A stretch of DNA of 64,000 nt from assembly GCA_016930055.1 (NCBI GenBank), contig JAFGHP010000020.1, forward strand, positions 1,786 through 65,785, given 5' to 3'. This DNA is from Candidatus Bathyarchaeota archaeon. GTDB lineage: Archaea; Thermoproteota; Bathyarchaeia; TCS64. The position numbers and the translations under genes were made by a program. Position 1 is the first letter of the stretch. Each line of letters opens with the position of its first letter. The notes under the pieces are model-generated. The model worked only from the letters and a program-made list of their open reading frames with translations. It searched no databases and was not told where the DNA came from. This document shows positions 9,290 to 19,406 of the stretch, one piece after another.

Positions 9290-10360
9290 CTAACCCTTCG
9301 GTTCGGAGTCTCTTTCAAGGCTTCCACAAGTGCAATGTATGCTTCCACTGTTACGAGGTCTCACTAGACTACTACATTCAACTTCAATTACATCACAACC
9401 AATACTTTCAAGCCATTTTATACTTTTAGGATTGCTTTCCGGAACTAACAATTTTAAAGGTTCTAATACAACCCCGGTATCAGGTCCTTTTTTAAAGCCA
9501 CGAGTATCAATGCTAACAAGCTCGTCTGGAGGTTTAATAAAAACCCAGTTCATTTCTCTTTTCATCCATTCAACAAGATAAGGATCATAAAAACTTGGAT
9601 CTCCTATGCTTGTATGTTTATCAATCATGCTATAATGTATTGTTCCTTTTCTAGTTCCATAACCTGGACCTAATTTTATATCTACTTCAGGATCCTGTGC
9701 TCTAACTATATGTGCATATTGTTTATGCCCCCATTCATTAGCTTTAGTAATATTAGGATCCGCAGTATTTCCACGAGGATAATGAACTTCAATTAAAAGA
9801 TGTTTTTCATCAAGCCATCCACATGGACCCCCCTCTACCATTCCATTACCAATTATCATGCCAACCACTGGACACCCAATTTCAGCAAGGGTTTGATATG
9901 TTGGAACTTCTTCCCCTTTCCTAATCCAGTCATACATTCGAAGTATTACTTGTCCATACACGGCTGCATGACAAACATCATCGGTATAAATCGATTTTAC
10001 TTGATAAGGGGGATAATAAGGATCTGGTTTTCTGATAACAACTTTGATTCCCTCATCTTTGTATGCTTTAACTAAATTTTCATGATGCTGAATTAACTCA
10101 TCTAAATTTGGTTTAAAGGTCATTCTCCATGCATCTAAACTATTCTCATAAGGAGACCAAGGAGTTGGTTTTCCTACGCTTAAAAATTCTTTTCCTGGTC
10201 GATGGAGAAGGACTGTTCGAAGTTTACCAATAGTAGTATTTGATTTCCACTTATTACCCCAATATTTGGGTAACTCATCTTCAAAACTACTGTAAACTTG
10301 AGGGTGTAAACGATTATAGATATCATGAAGTTGTTGAACTGCGTCTTTAATAGAAGACAT
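9290..10360 (-). CDS. Amidinotransferase / arginine deiminase (pentein) superfamily protein
   Basis: GKLRTVLLHRPG, IYTDD, RKGEE, VEGG, GSIHCT with C-terminal catalytic Cys. Confidence 0.85.
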   Translation of the reverse strand: MSSIKDAVQQLHDIYNRLHPQVYSSFEDELPKYWGNKWKSNTTIGKLRTVLLHRPGKEFLSVGKPTPWSPYENSLDAWRMTFKPNLDELIQHHENLVKAYKDEGIKVVIRKPDPYYPPYQVKSIYTDDVCHAAVYGQVILRMYDWIRKGEEVPTYQTLAEIGCPVVGMIIGNGMVEGGPCGWLDEKHLLIEVHYPRGNTADPNITKANEWGHKQYAHIVRAQDPEVDIKLGPGYGTRKGTIHYSMIDKHTSIGDPSFYDPYLVEWMKREMNWVFIKPPDELVSIDTRGFKKGPDTGVVLEPLKLLVPESNPKSIKWLESIGCDVIEVECSSLVRPRNSGSIHCTCGSLERDSEPKG

Positions 10361-10517
10361 GATTTGTTTTTATCCTCTTAATATAAAAAATTTGATAGTC
10401 ATTACTTCTTGCTTATCACTGGTAGGCTATGATAAGAAAAAAGGGTAAGTCAATATTTTAAAAATATGAGTTTCATTAATCTAGTATCTTTATAAAGATA
10501 AAAAGAAATTTTCTTTT

Positions 10518-11564
10518 ATGGCTATTAAAAAGCGGATTTTAGGAAAAACCAGTCTTAACATTACTGAGATGGGCTTTGGTGGTATTCCTATTCAGCGTAT
10601 TTCAGAAGATGAAGCAATTAAAGTAGTTAGACATTGCTATGAATTAGGTATAAATTATTTTGATACAGCAAGAGGATATACTACAAGTGAAGAAAGAATT
10701 GGTAAAGCTCTTGAAGAAGTGAGAGAAAACGTGTATATTGCTTCAAAAAGTCATGCACGGACATCAAAAGACCTTTGGGAAAATCTAAAGACTACATTAA
10801 ATAATTTACGTACTGATTATCTTGATGTTTATCAACTTCATAATGTAAACGAAGAGAGTTGGAAATTCATCTCTTCACCAAATGGTGCTTTAGAAGCCAT
10901 TAAAGATGCAAAAAAGGAGGGGATTATCAAACACATAGGAATAACTAGTCATAGCCCAGCATTTCTAATAAAAATGGTAGAGGAACAAGAAATTTTTGAA
11001 ACAATTATGGTGGGTTATAATTTTATTGCTCAACAACCAGCCGAAATTTTATTACCACTATGTAAAAGAAAAAACGTTGGAACCATAATTATGAAGCCTT
11101 TTGGTGGTGGTGCTTTTACTAATGCATCAACTGCTCTAAAATTTATTTTAGTTAATAAAAATGTAAGTTGCACAATTCCGGGTATGTTAAGTGTAGAAGA
11201 AGTTGAAGAGAACGTAAAAATATGTAGCGAGTCTCTTGAACTCTCAGAGGAAGAGAAAAAAATAATTGAAGAAGACAGAAAAATATTAGGTGAAGAATTT
11301 TGTGCAGCTTGTGATTATTGTCAACCATGTCCTTCAGGTATTCCAATTAGTTTTGTTTTAAGAACAGAATTAAGTAGTCTACGACGGATGGGCTGGACAG
11401 AGTCTCTAATAAAACAGACACAGGATACAGCACAAAAGGTTGATGCTTGTTTACAATGTGGTGTATGCGAAATTAGATGTCCCTATCAGTTACCTATAAG
11501 AAAGTTACTCCCTGAAAAAATGGAAAGGCTTAAAAAACTATCTGAAACAAGAAGCATTCCTTAA
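10518..11564 (+). CDS. Aldo/keto reductase with C-terminal 4Fe-4S dicluster domain
   Basis: GFGGIPI, YFDTARGY, DVYQLH; CAACDYCQPCP and CLQCGVCEIRCP. Confidence 0.92.
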   Translation: MAIKKRILGKTSLNITEMGFGGIPIQRISEDEAIKVVRHCYELGINYFDTARGYTTSEERIGKALEEVRENVYIASKSHARTSKDLWENLKTTLNNLRTDYLDVYQLHNVNEESWKFISSPNGALEAIKDAKKEGIIKHIGITSHSPAFLIKMVEEQEIFETIMVGYNFIAQQPAEILLPLCKRKNVGTIIMKPFGGGAFTNASTALKFILVNKNVSCTIPGMLSVEEVEENVKICSESLELSEEEKKIIEEDRKILGEEFCAACDYCQPCPSGIPISFVLRTELSSLRRMGWTESLIKQTQDTAQKVDACLQCGVCEIRCPYQLPIRKLLPEKMERLKKLSETRSIP

Positions 11565-11688
11565 AAAGTTTTATTACTTTTTTTCAAATAAAAATTTGGG
11601 GTATAAGATTTAATAAAAGTTTGTTAGGTTATTTAAAAATGCTTTTTTTATCGAAGATAATAAAACCTATAAAATACATGTTTAAATT

Positions 11689-12975
11689 ATGAGTCTCTCG
11701 AAAATTTTCTCTGAATCTGAGAAAGCACAAAATGAAGTAAGTGAAATTGCGTCAGGTTTAGTCAAATTAAATTCAGCCCATCCTGATGGGAAAACAGTTG
11801 ATTGTGTGGAATACATAAGAAAATATTTTGATGAAAAAGGAATCGAATATTACATTCATGCGAAAGAGGATAATAAGCCAAATATTGTTGGAGTTTTAAA
11901 AGGACAATCCAAAAAGAAAATACTATGGGTTGGACATTTAGATGTAGTTCCAGTAGGAGAAATTGATACTTGGACTTATCATCCTTTTAGTGGCAAAATA
12001 ATTGATGGCAAAGTATGGGGTAGAGGATCTAGTGATATGAAAGGAAGTTGCGCTGCTGCAATGGTAGCTGCACGAATATTATCTAAACAAAAAAGCATAC
12101 CAAACACTGTTGAATTCTGGTTTACTGCTGATGAAGAAATAGGAGGAGGAGCTGGTGCAAGATGGTTATCTGAAACAAAAAAACTGAATGGTGATGTTTG
12201 TATTATCGGTGATGGAAATGGAGGAGGATACAAGAATCCAAGCATTGATTTAGGATGTAAAGGCGGGGCAGGTACAAAACTGATCGCAAGAGGAAAAACC
12301 GCTCATGGTAGTACTCCTTACCTTGGAGATAATGCAATTATGAAACTTCTTAAAGTCATACCTTACATTTACAAGATTGGAGATTATAAATTAAAACTTC
12401 CTGCGGAATTAGAAAAAACATTTAAAGTGAGTACAAAATTCTATATGGCTGAAGCATCTACACCTTTACAGAAAAAAGCAGTAAAAAAATTGTTTTTTTA
12501 TCCAACGGTAGCATGTAATATTATTAATGGTGGTGTAAAAACAAATGTTGTACCTGATTATGCAGAAGCGGATTTTGACATTCGTTTATCACCAGGAGCT
12601 AAAGTAAGTGAAGTAAGAGCAGAAATTGAGCGTTTAGTTAAAGAAGCTGGAATTCCAGGAGTTGAAGTAGATAAAACTAGAATTAGAACTCCAACAAATA
12701 GTAAAATGGATAGTGCTGGTTATTATGAGTCACCTAATTCAGAATTTATGGAAAAATTATCATTAACAATAAAAAAAGCAACAAAAAAGAAACCAAAAAC
12801 AAAGATCCTTACTGGAGGAACAGATGGAGTTAGTACAAGTAAAATTGCAGGTATACCTAGTCTTGGATATGGTACAAGTTTAACAGGTAAAGCCCATCAA
12901 CCAGATGAGTATATCACAATCGAAAATCTGGTGCTGGGAATAAAAGTTTATGCAGGTTTCCCAATTATATTTTAA
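11689..12975 (+). CDS. M20 metallopeptidase/deacylase (ArgE/DapE family)
   Basis: GHLDVVP, GRGSSDMKG, DEEIGG, AHQPDE. Confidence 0.92.
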   Translation: MSLSKIFSESEKAQNEVSEIASGLVKLNSAHPDGKTVDCVEYIRKYFDEKGIEYYIHAKEDNKPNIVGVLKGQSKKKILWVGHLDVVPVGEIDTWTYHPFSGKIIDGKVWGRGSSDMKGSCAAAMVAARILSKQKSIPNTVEFWFTADEEIGGGAGARWLSETKKLNGDVCIIGDGNGGGYKNPSIDLGCKGGAGTKLIARGKTAHGSTPYLGDNAIMKLLKVIPYIYKIGDYKLKLPAELEKTFKVSTKFYMAEASTPLQKKAVKKLFFYPTVACNIINGGVKTNVVPDYAEADFDIRLSPGAKVSEVRAEIERLVKEAGIPGVEVDKTRIRTPTNSKMDSAGYYESPNSEFMEKLSLTIKKATKKKPKTKILTGGTDGVSTSKIAGIPSLGYGTSLTGKAHQPDEYITIENLVLGIKVYAGFPIIF

Positions 12976-12996
12976 TTAAAAAAAAATTAGATTTAA

Positions 12997-13087
12997 CGCG
13001 GTCGGCAGGATTCGAACCCGCGACCATAGGCTATCTTCCAGATACTGTTCGAAGGCCCATGCTCTATCCTGGCTGAGCCACGACCGC
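12997..13087 (-). tRNA. tRNA-Arg(UCG) with 16-nt intron at 37/38 (13033-13048)
   Basis: Cloverleaf GCGGTCG...CGACCGC-G; canonical bulge-helix-bulge (CUUC/GAAG). Confidence 0.93.
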
Positions 13088-13176
13088 ATTAGAGGAAAAA
13101 CTCATTTCAAACTAGTTAAGGTTTACCAAATATAAGAAACCATAAGTACCAAATCGTGGAGGATTAAACAACAACA

Positions 13177-13653
13177 TTGATTGAAGGATTGAGAATAATC
13201 AGAGCAATAGAGATAACAGTATTTTCACATGCTACAGAAGACATTGAAAAAGTCAAAAAAGCAGTAGAAAAATTATTACCAAACTCATTAAAACTTAAAA
13301 ATTTTGAAACAATAAAATTGACTGGCCATTATAATGACCCAATACTTTTTCTTACACTTAGAGTAGAGAATAAAAAAGAGTCAACAACAATAGTAAATTA
13401 CCTTTTCTATAAATTATCAACCCTTAATCAACAAACCATTCTTGACGAGTTACCAAATAGAGTTGATGCTTCTGGTAACCTATACTTGCGTTTAGATAAA
13501 CAAAAAGCATACAAAGATAAATTAGTTTTAACCGAAAATGATCCAATTAGAATAAAAATAAAAAGTCAATTACCACATAAATCAGACCCAGTCAAAATGT
13601 ATAGACAATATTTACTGAATTTAATAAATTTTGGAGAAATAGTGAATGAATAA
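13177..13653 (+). CDS. RNA-binding protein (DUF54, exosome/RNase P superoperon)
   Basis: HATEDIEKV, GHYNDPI, LYLRLDKQ. Confidence 0.85.
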   Translation: MIEGLRIIRAIEITVFSHATEDIEKVKKAVEKLLPNSLKLKNFETIKLTGHYNDPILFLTLRVENKKESTTIVNYLFYKLSTLNQQTILDELPNRVDASGNLYLRLDKQKAYKDKLVLTENDPIRIKIKSQLPHKSDPVKMYRQYLLNLINFGEIVNE

Positions 13654-14335
13654 ATATATAGATCTACATTTAAAACAACCTATTGATGTTTTTGAAGCAA
13701 AACAAATGGTTGACCTAGCAGAAATTCTTGGTTATTCAGGTGTTGCATTAGCTGTTGATAATAATTCTAAAATATTTAAAATTGAATCAAAAATTGATAT
13801 TATTACCAGACTAAATTTAAGTTGCACAACCCAAAAACAACTATTAGATAGTTTAAATAAATATCGGAAAAAATTTGAAATAATATCTGTTCAAAGTTTA
13901 ACTAAAGAAGTAGCTAGGCAAGCTGCGAAGGATCATCGTGTAGATATTTTAACATTTCCCAGAGATCCATTATTGAGAAAAAATGTATGGCTAGATTATA
14001 GAGTAGCCTCATTAGCTGGAGACTCTACTTGTTCATATGAAATCAATTTTTTTGATTTAATTAATAAAAAAATATTGGCTAATTCAGTATTAAATATAAT
14101 TAAAAAAGAAGTATTAAACGCGAAAAAAAGGAAGATTCCCATTATTTTAGCTAGCGGAGCGAGTGAAGCGTTGGAAATGAGAGAACCGAAAGCACTTACT
14201 TCTATATTAAACTTGATAGATGTTTCAGAGGAAGAAGCAAAGAAAATGATTACAATTAATCCAGCAAACATTATTAAATTAAATAGAATGAAACTTAGCT
14301 CAAAATTTGTACAACCAGGAGTAAGGAGAGTGTAA
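13646..14335 (+). CDS. rnp3: RNase P protein component 3 (Rpp30)
   Basis: YIDLH, RQAAKDHRVDIL, ASGA...MREP; gene context. Confidence 0.88.
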   Translation: MNKYIDLHLKQPIDVFEAKQMVDLAEILGYSGVALAVDNNSKIFKIESKIDIITRLNLSCTTQKQLLDSLNKYRKKFEIISVQSLTKEVARQAAKDHRVDILTFPRDPLLRKNVWLDYRVASLAGDSTCSYEINFFDLINKKILANSVLNIIKKEVLNAKKRKIPIILASGASEALEMREPKALTSILNLIDVSEEEAKKMITINPANIIKLNRMKLSSKFVQPGVRRV

Positions 14336-14338
14336 AAT

Positions 14339-14668
14339 ATGCCAGTTAGAAACATTAGAAGAAGATACCTAAGATTCAATGTTTACTCAAAAAATGAATT
14401 AAATGGTATAAATGTCTATGAAGGCATTAAAACAAGTATTAAAGAATTGTATGGATTAAAAGGTCTAATAAAGGCTGATCCTAAATTAATTGAATATGAT
14501 CCATTAAAAAAAAGTGGTATTTTAAGATGCACCCATAATGAACTTATAAATACAAGAGCTGCAATTGCTTCAATAACCAAAATTCAAGACTGTGAATTAG
14601 CTATACATGTCTTAAAAGTCTCTGGGACAATAAAAGCTCTTAAAAGAAAAACCTCTTCGGACTTTTAG
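14339..14668 (+). CDS. rnp2: RNase P protein component 2 (Pop5/Rpp14)
   Basis: RRRYLRF, GILRC, VSGTIKAL. Confidence 0.88.
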   Translation: MPVRNIRRRYLRFNVYSKNELNGINVYEGIKTSIKELYGLKGLIKADPKLIEYDPLKKSGILRCTHNELINTRAAIASITKIQDCELAIHVLKVSGTIKALKRKTSSDF

Positions 14669-14776
14669 AATATTAAAGGATTAATACAATACTTATATTT
14701 TTAATATAGGGAAGTGTTTTTATTCAACATAATAATTGTTGAGTTGGAACATTACTGAGGCGTGGGATAAAATAAG

Positions 14777-15004
14777 ATGATAGTGCCAATAAGATGCTTT
14801 TCATGTGGTAAAGTGATAGGCGATAAATGGGAAGCATTTAAAAAACGTGTAGATTTAGGAGAAGAACCAGATAAGATTTTAGATGACTTAGGCGTAACAA
14901 GATATTGTTGTAGAAGAATGTTAATATCTCATGTGGAAGTAATAGACGATGTAATGAAATTTCATGAGGGAAAGGAACCCATTAATCACAGAGGAGGAAA
15001 ATAA
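14777..15004 (+). CDS. rpoN: RNA polymerase subunit N (Rpo10)
   Basis: [19 protein letters not shown]. Confidence 0.97.
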   Translation: MIVPIRCFSCGKVIGDKWEAFKKRVDLGEEPDKILDDLGVTRYCCRRMLISHVEVIDDVMKFHEGKEPINHRGGK

Positions 15005-15634
15005 TTGGAATCAAATGTTGATACACAACAACAAATAAGTGAAACCCTTCTACTACCTCAAGAAGTTCTACTATCAGCAGGAGTCCATATAGGTACAAGA
15101 GTTAAAACAAAAGATATGGAACCCTTCATCTATAAAGTAAGACCTGATGGTCTATATGTTTTAGATATGGAAAAGATGAATGATAGAATAAAAATTGCTT
15201 CAAAGTTTTTAAGCAGAATGAATTTGAGTAAAGTAGTCGTAGCTTCATCAAAAAGATATGGTCGTAGTCCTGTTGAAATGTTTTGCAAAGTTATTGGATG
15301 TAAACCAATGACTGGAAGATTTACTTCAGGTACTTTCACTAATCCAGCATATTCAGATTTTTTTGAGCCTACAGCAGTGATTGTAACAGATAGTTTAGCA
15401 GACGATCAAATAGTAGAGGAAGCAAGCCAATGTGGAGTACCAGTTATTGCATTAGCTAGCACGGACAATTCTAAAATGAATGCGGATCTTATTATACCAA
15501 TGAATAATAAGGGAAGAAGAGCTCTAGCAATTGCTTTCTGGTTGATAGCCAAAGAAATTTTAAAAGAAAAAAACGAATTACCAGCTAATGGTGAAATGCG
15601 TTACAGTATTGATGATTTTGAAACTAATGGTTAA
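15005..15634 (+). CDS. rps2: 30S ribosomal protein S2
   Basis: AGVHIGT, GRFTSGTFTNP, PMNNKGRRA. Confidence 0.96.
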   Translation: MESNVDTQQQISETLLLPQEVLLSAGVHIGTRVKTKDMEPFIYKVRPDGLYVLDMEKMNDRIKIASKFLSRMNLSKVVVASSKRYGRSPVEMFCKVIGCKPMTGRFTSGTFTNPAYSDFFEPTAVIVTDSLADDQIVEEASQCGVPVIALASTDNSKMNADLIIPMNNKGRRALAIAFWLIAKEILKEKNELPANGEMRYSIDDFETNG

Positions 15635-15649
15635 TAGGAGGCTTTTTTC

Positions 15650-16504
15650 TTGAGTATTAGACGCCCATATGTCGCGGGAGCTTTTTATCCCGGTGACATG
15701 AAGCGTCTAATTCAAAGTATAGAGGAATGCTATCTTCATAAACTAGGGCCAGGCAAACTTCCTATTTTAGGAAATAAAAATCGTACAATAATTGCCTTAG
15801 TTTGTCCTCACGCAGCTTATATGTATTCTGGACCCGTTGCAGCACATAGTTATCTAGCATTGTCTGAAGAATCTGCTCCAGAAACTGCAATAATCTTATG
15901 TCCAAACCATACTGGTTTAGGTTCAGCAATATCTATAATGGGAAAAGGAGTCTGGGAGACGCCTTTAGGAAAAATAAATATCGACGAGTCTCTTGCACAA
16001 ACTATTTCCCAGAAATCAAATTTAATAAAAAACGATATATCTGCACATATCTATGAGCACTCTATTGAAGTACAACTTCCATTCTTACAACATTTATATC
16101 AAAATAATATCAAATTAATTCCAATTTGTATGGGATATCAAGATCTTGATATAAGCACCGAATTAGGAAAAGTTTTAGCTGAATCAACTAAAAATAAAAA
16201 TGTGATAATTATTGCATCAACTGATTTAAATCATCAAGAATCCCAACAAATTTCTATTCAAAAAGATAAAATCGTCTTAGAATGCATAAAAGACATGGAT
16301 GAAAAAAGACTTCAAAATGAAGTGAAAAAAAATAGAATAACTATGTGTGGGTATGGACCAGTCTCAGCTGCATTGGTTGCAGCAAAGATTTTAGGTGCAA
16401 ACAAAACAGAAATCTTATCCCATCAAACCAGTGGAGATATTACTGGTGACCTTGATGCAGTAGTTGGATATGCTGCTGCTACAATCACACGCATGGTGCA
16501 ATAG
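15650..16504 (+). CDS. MEMO1-family protein (AmmeMemoRadiSam protein B)
   Basis: VAGAFYP, PHAAYMYSG, PNHTG, EHSIEVQLPF, STDLNH, MCGYGP. Confidence 0.92.
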   Translation: MSIRRPYVAGAFYPGDMKRLIQSIEECYLHKLGPGKLPILGNKNRTIIALVCPHAAYMYSGPVAAHSYLALSEESAPETAIILCPNHTGLGSAISIMGKGVWETPLGKINIDESLAQTISQKSNLIKNDISAHIYEHSIEVQLPFLQHLYQNNIKLIPICMGYQDLDISTELGKVLAESTKNKNVIIIASTDLNHQESQQISIQKDKIVLECIKDMDEKRLQNEVKKNRITMCGYGPVSAALVAAKILGANKTEILSHQTSGDITGDLDAVVGYAAATITRMVQ

Positions 16505-17500
16505 ATGTCTGTTGAAGCAACAGCTCCTGGTAAGATGATTTTATTTGGAGAACATAGTGTTGTTTATAGAGGCCCCGCAATTGTTTTAGCAATCGATCGT
16601 AGGGCAAGTGTGATAGCTTCTAAGCGTGATGATAAAAGAGTGTATGTTGACGCTGAAGATCTTGGTTTTTCAGGATATTTTGAAGAAAACATCTATTATC
16701 CAATAACGGGAAAAGCCTGGAGAGGAAGAAACTTATCTGCTCTTAATGTTGCATCAAAAAAAGTAATGGAACACTTAAACGTTGATGGGGGGGTAAATCT
16801 AAAAGTACGTAGTATGATACCTATAGCAGTAGGATTAGGTTCTTCAGCAGCAGTATGTGTAGCTACTACAGCTGCAGTTGGAGAATTATATGAAGGCAAG
16901 TTAACAAAAGAAGAAATTGCTGAACTATCTTTCGAAGGAGAAAAAATTATTCATGGTACCCCAAGTGGAGTAGATAATAATGTATCTACTTATGGGGGAA
17001 TAATGAAGTATGAGAGAAATCAGCCTTTTAATCGATTTAAAATTGAGAACCAATTACCTTTCGTAATTGGGAATACAAGAAGAAAAAGGTCAACAAAAAA
17101 TTTAGTTGATGAAGTTAGATTATTACATGAACGAAATTCAGATTTGGTTGACAACATCATTGATACTATAGGTCTAATATCTACTCAAGGACTTGAATCT
17201 TTATTTAAAAATGACCATTATATGATAGGTGAATTAATGAACATTAACCATGGGTTACTTTCAGCTTTAGGCGTATCAACACCCGAATTAGATCAACTTG
17301 TACACTCTGCAAGAAGAGAGGGAGCTTATGGAGCGAAACTAACAGGAGCTGGTGGGGGAGGCTGTATGATAGCAATTTCATCAGAAGAGAATCTTAGTAG
17401 TATTGAAAGAGGAATAAGACGTTATAGAGGTCAATCAATTAGAGTCAACAACACAAATGAAGGAGTAATTACTAGGAGGATAAATAATGGAGATAATTAA
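16505..17500 (+). CDS. mvk: Mevalonate kinase
   Basis: PGKMILFGEHSVVY, PIAVGLGSSAA, HGTPSGVD, KLTGAGGGG. Confidence 0.95.
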   Translation: MSVEATAPGKMILFGEHSVVYRGPAIVLAIDRRASVIASKRDDKRVYVDAEDLGFSGYFEENIYYPITGKAWRGRNLSALNVASKKVMEHLNVDGGVNLKVRSMIPIAVGLGSSAAVCVATTAAVGELYEGKLTKEEIAELSFEGEKIIHGTPSGVDNNVSTYGGIMKYERNQPFNRFKIENQLPFVIGNTRRKRSTKNLVDEVRLLHERNSDLVDNIIDTIGLISTQGLESLFKNDHYMIGELMNINHGLLSALGVSTPELDQLVHSARREGAYGAKLTGAGGGGCMIAISSEENLSSIERGIRRYRGQSIRVNNTNEGVITRRINNGDN

Positions 17501-18263
17501 ACTCGGAGGCTCAGTTATAACAAACAAAGAAAAACCTATGACACCTAACTTGAATAGCATTTTTAGGCTTTCAAGAGAAATCTCATCAGCAAAACCAAAA
17601 GAACTAATAATAATCCATGGAGGAGGATCTTTTGGTCACCCATTAGCAAAAGAGTATTTGATTTCAGAAGGATATGTTCAAAAAAAGCAACTTATCGGAT
17701 ATTCTTTAACACATCAATCCATGGTGAAACTAAATACAATAATTGTAGAAGCTCTATTAGATTCTGGAGTACCCGCAGTATCAGTAGCTCCTTCAAGTTT
17801 TATCACAACCACAAAAAAAAGGATAACTCAAATAGATATATCAATTATTTTAAATTATTTGAAAATGGGTATGATCCCAGTCCTCTATGGTGATACTATA
17901 TTGGATTCTGAAATGGGGTTCACAATTTTATCAGGAGATCAATTAGCTGTTCGATTAGCTATTGAATTAAAAGCAAATAGGCTAATTTTTGGTGTAGATG
18001 TTGATGGAGTATACTCTACTAATCCTAAAATAGATAATAAAGCTGAATTTTTTAATGAATTTTCTTTAAGTCAATTAAACAATAATCAAATAAGTGGATC
18101 TTCAGAAACAGATGTAACTGGTGGTATGTTAGGCAAAATTATGGAAGCTGAAAATGCTGTTAAAACAGGAATAAATGTTGTTCTACTAAATGCTTTGAAA
18201 GTTGGTCTAATATATCAAGTACTTAAAGGTGAAAGTGTAAAGGGCACAATTCTCAGGAGATAA
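17487..18263 (+). CDS. ipk: Isopentenyl phosphate kinase
   Basis: KLGGSVIT, HGGGSFGH, SGDQL, DVTGGM; located between mvk and fni. Confidence 0.92.
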   Translation: MEIIKLGGSVITNKEKPMTPNLNSIFRLSREISSAKPKELIIIHGGGSFGHPLAKEYLISEGYVQKKQLIGYSLTHQSMVKLNTIIVEALLDSGVPAVSVAPSSFITTTKKRITQIDISIILNYLKMGMIPVLYGDTILDSEMGFTILSGDQLAVRLAIELKANRLIFGVDVDGVYSTNPKIDNKAEFFNEFSLSQLNNNQISGSSETDVTGGMLGKIMEAENAVKTGINVVLLNALKVGLIYQVLKGESVKGTILRR

Positions 18264-18266
18264 AAA

Positions 18267-19361
18267 ATGACTCATATTGAAACAAGAAAACAACGTCATA
18301 TCAGAGTAAGTCTTAAAGAAAAAGTTGAAGCAAATATAACTAATGGGTTCGAAGATATTAATTTAATACATAGAGCAATACCTGAGGTTGATTTTTCGGA
18401 GATAGACACATCAATAATTCTTTATGGAAAAAAACTTTCGGTACCACTAATAATTTCAGCAATTACTGGGGGTACCGAAGAAGCAAAAAAAATCAATCAA
18501 ACTTTAGCAACTGTTGCTGAAAAAATGAGAATAGGTATGAGTGTAGGTAGTCAAAGAATTGCATTACAACAACCAGAGACAATAGACTCTTTTAGTGTTG
18601 TCCGTGATAATGCGCCTAATACGTTTATAATGGGTAATATTGGCTGTCCCCAATTATCTCTTGGGCTTGATAAAAATCAAGCACAGAAATGTATTGATAT
18701 GATTCAAGCTGATGCATTAGCTATACATATGAATGCTACCCAAGAAGCAGTTCAAATTAAGGGAGAAAAAAATTATAAAAATATTTTAACCAAATTAAAG
18801 GAATTAAATAACGAAGTTTATACACCTATAGTTATGAAAGAAACAGGTTGTGGAATCAGTTACGAAGATGCTTTAAAACTAGAAAAAGCAGGAGCATCGG
18901 GCTTTGAGATAAGTGGTTTAGGTGGAACAAGTTGGGCTGCTGTTGAATATTATATAGCTAAAGAAGTTGAAGACCCCTTGCAAGAACATCTCGGAAAATC
19001 GTTATGGGATTGGGGAATACCAACTGCTGCAAGTTTAATCGAAGTTAGGGAAGCTTCAAAGTTACCAATAATATCATCTGGTGGATTACGTTCAGGAGCA
19101 GATATGGCTAAATCAATAGTTATGGGAGCAAACGCAGCTGGTATTGCTAGGCCATTCCTAGAAAAAGCAATAGAAGGAGAGAAAGCCTTAGAAGAACATA
19201 TAACAAAAATTATTACAGAATTTAAATCAATAATGTTTCTTCTTGGTACAAGAAATATTCAAGAATTAACTAACACGCCTTTCGTAATAACTGGATGGAC
19301 TTCTGAATGGTTAAGACAAAGAGGATTTAACATTCAAAAAAACGCAGTTAAAGGAAGATGA
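18267..19361 (+). CDS. fni: Type 2 isopentenyl-diphosphate delta-isomerase
   Basis: RKQRHI, SAITGG, VGSQR, QEAVQ, KETGCG, GGTSWAAVE. Confidence 0.95.
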   Translation: MTHIETRKQRHIRVSLKEKVEANITNGFEDINLIHRAIPEVDFSEIDTSIILYGKKLSVPLIISAITGGTEEAKKINQTLATVAEKMRIGMSVGSQRIALQQPETIDSFSVVRDNAPNTFIMGNIGCPQLSLGLDKNQAQKCIDMIQADALAIHMNATQEAVQIKGEKNYKNILTKLKELNNEVYTPIVMKETGCGISYEDALKLEKAGASGFEISGLGGTSWAAVEYYIAKEVEDPLQEHLGKSLWDWGIPTAASLIEVREASKLPIISSGGLRSGADMAKSIVMGANAAGIARPFLEKAIEGEKALEEHITKIITEFKSIMFLLGTRNIQELTNTPFVITGWTSEWLRQRGFNIQKNAVKGR

Positions 19362-19406
19362 TTCCTTAGATAAGCTTATTATTCTTTAAAAACTGTAATC
19401 TCATAA

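Noticed and set aside
10412-10436. Inverted repeat CTTATCA-N11-TGATAAG between divergent genes
   Set aside because: Single short AT-rich occurrence with no linked regulator; may be chance
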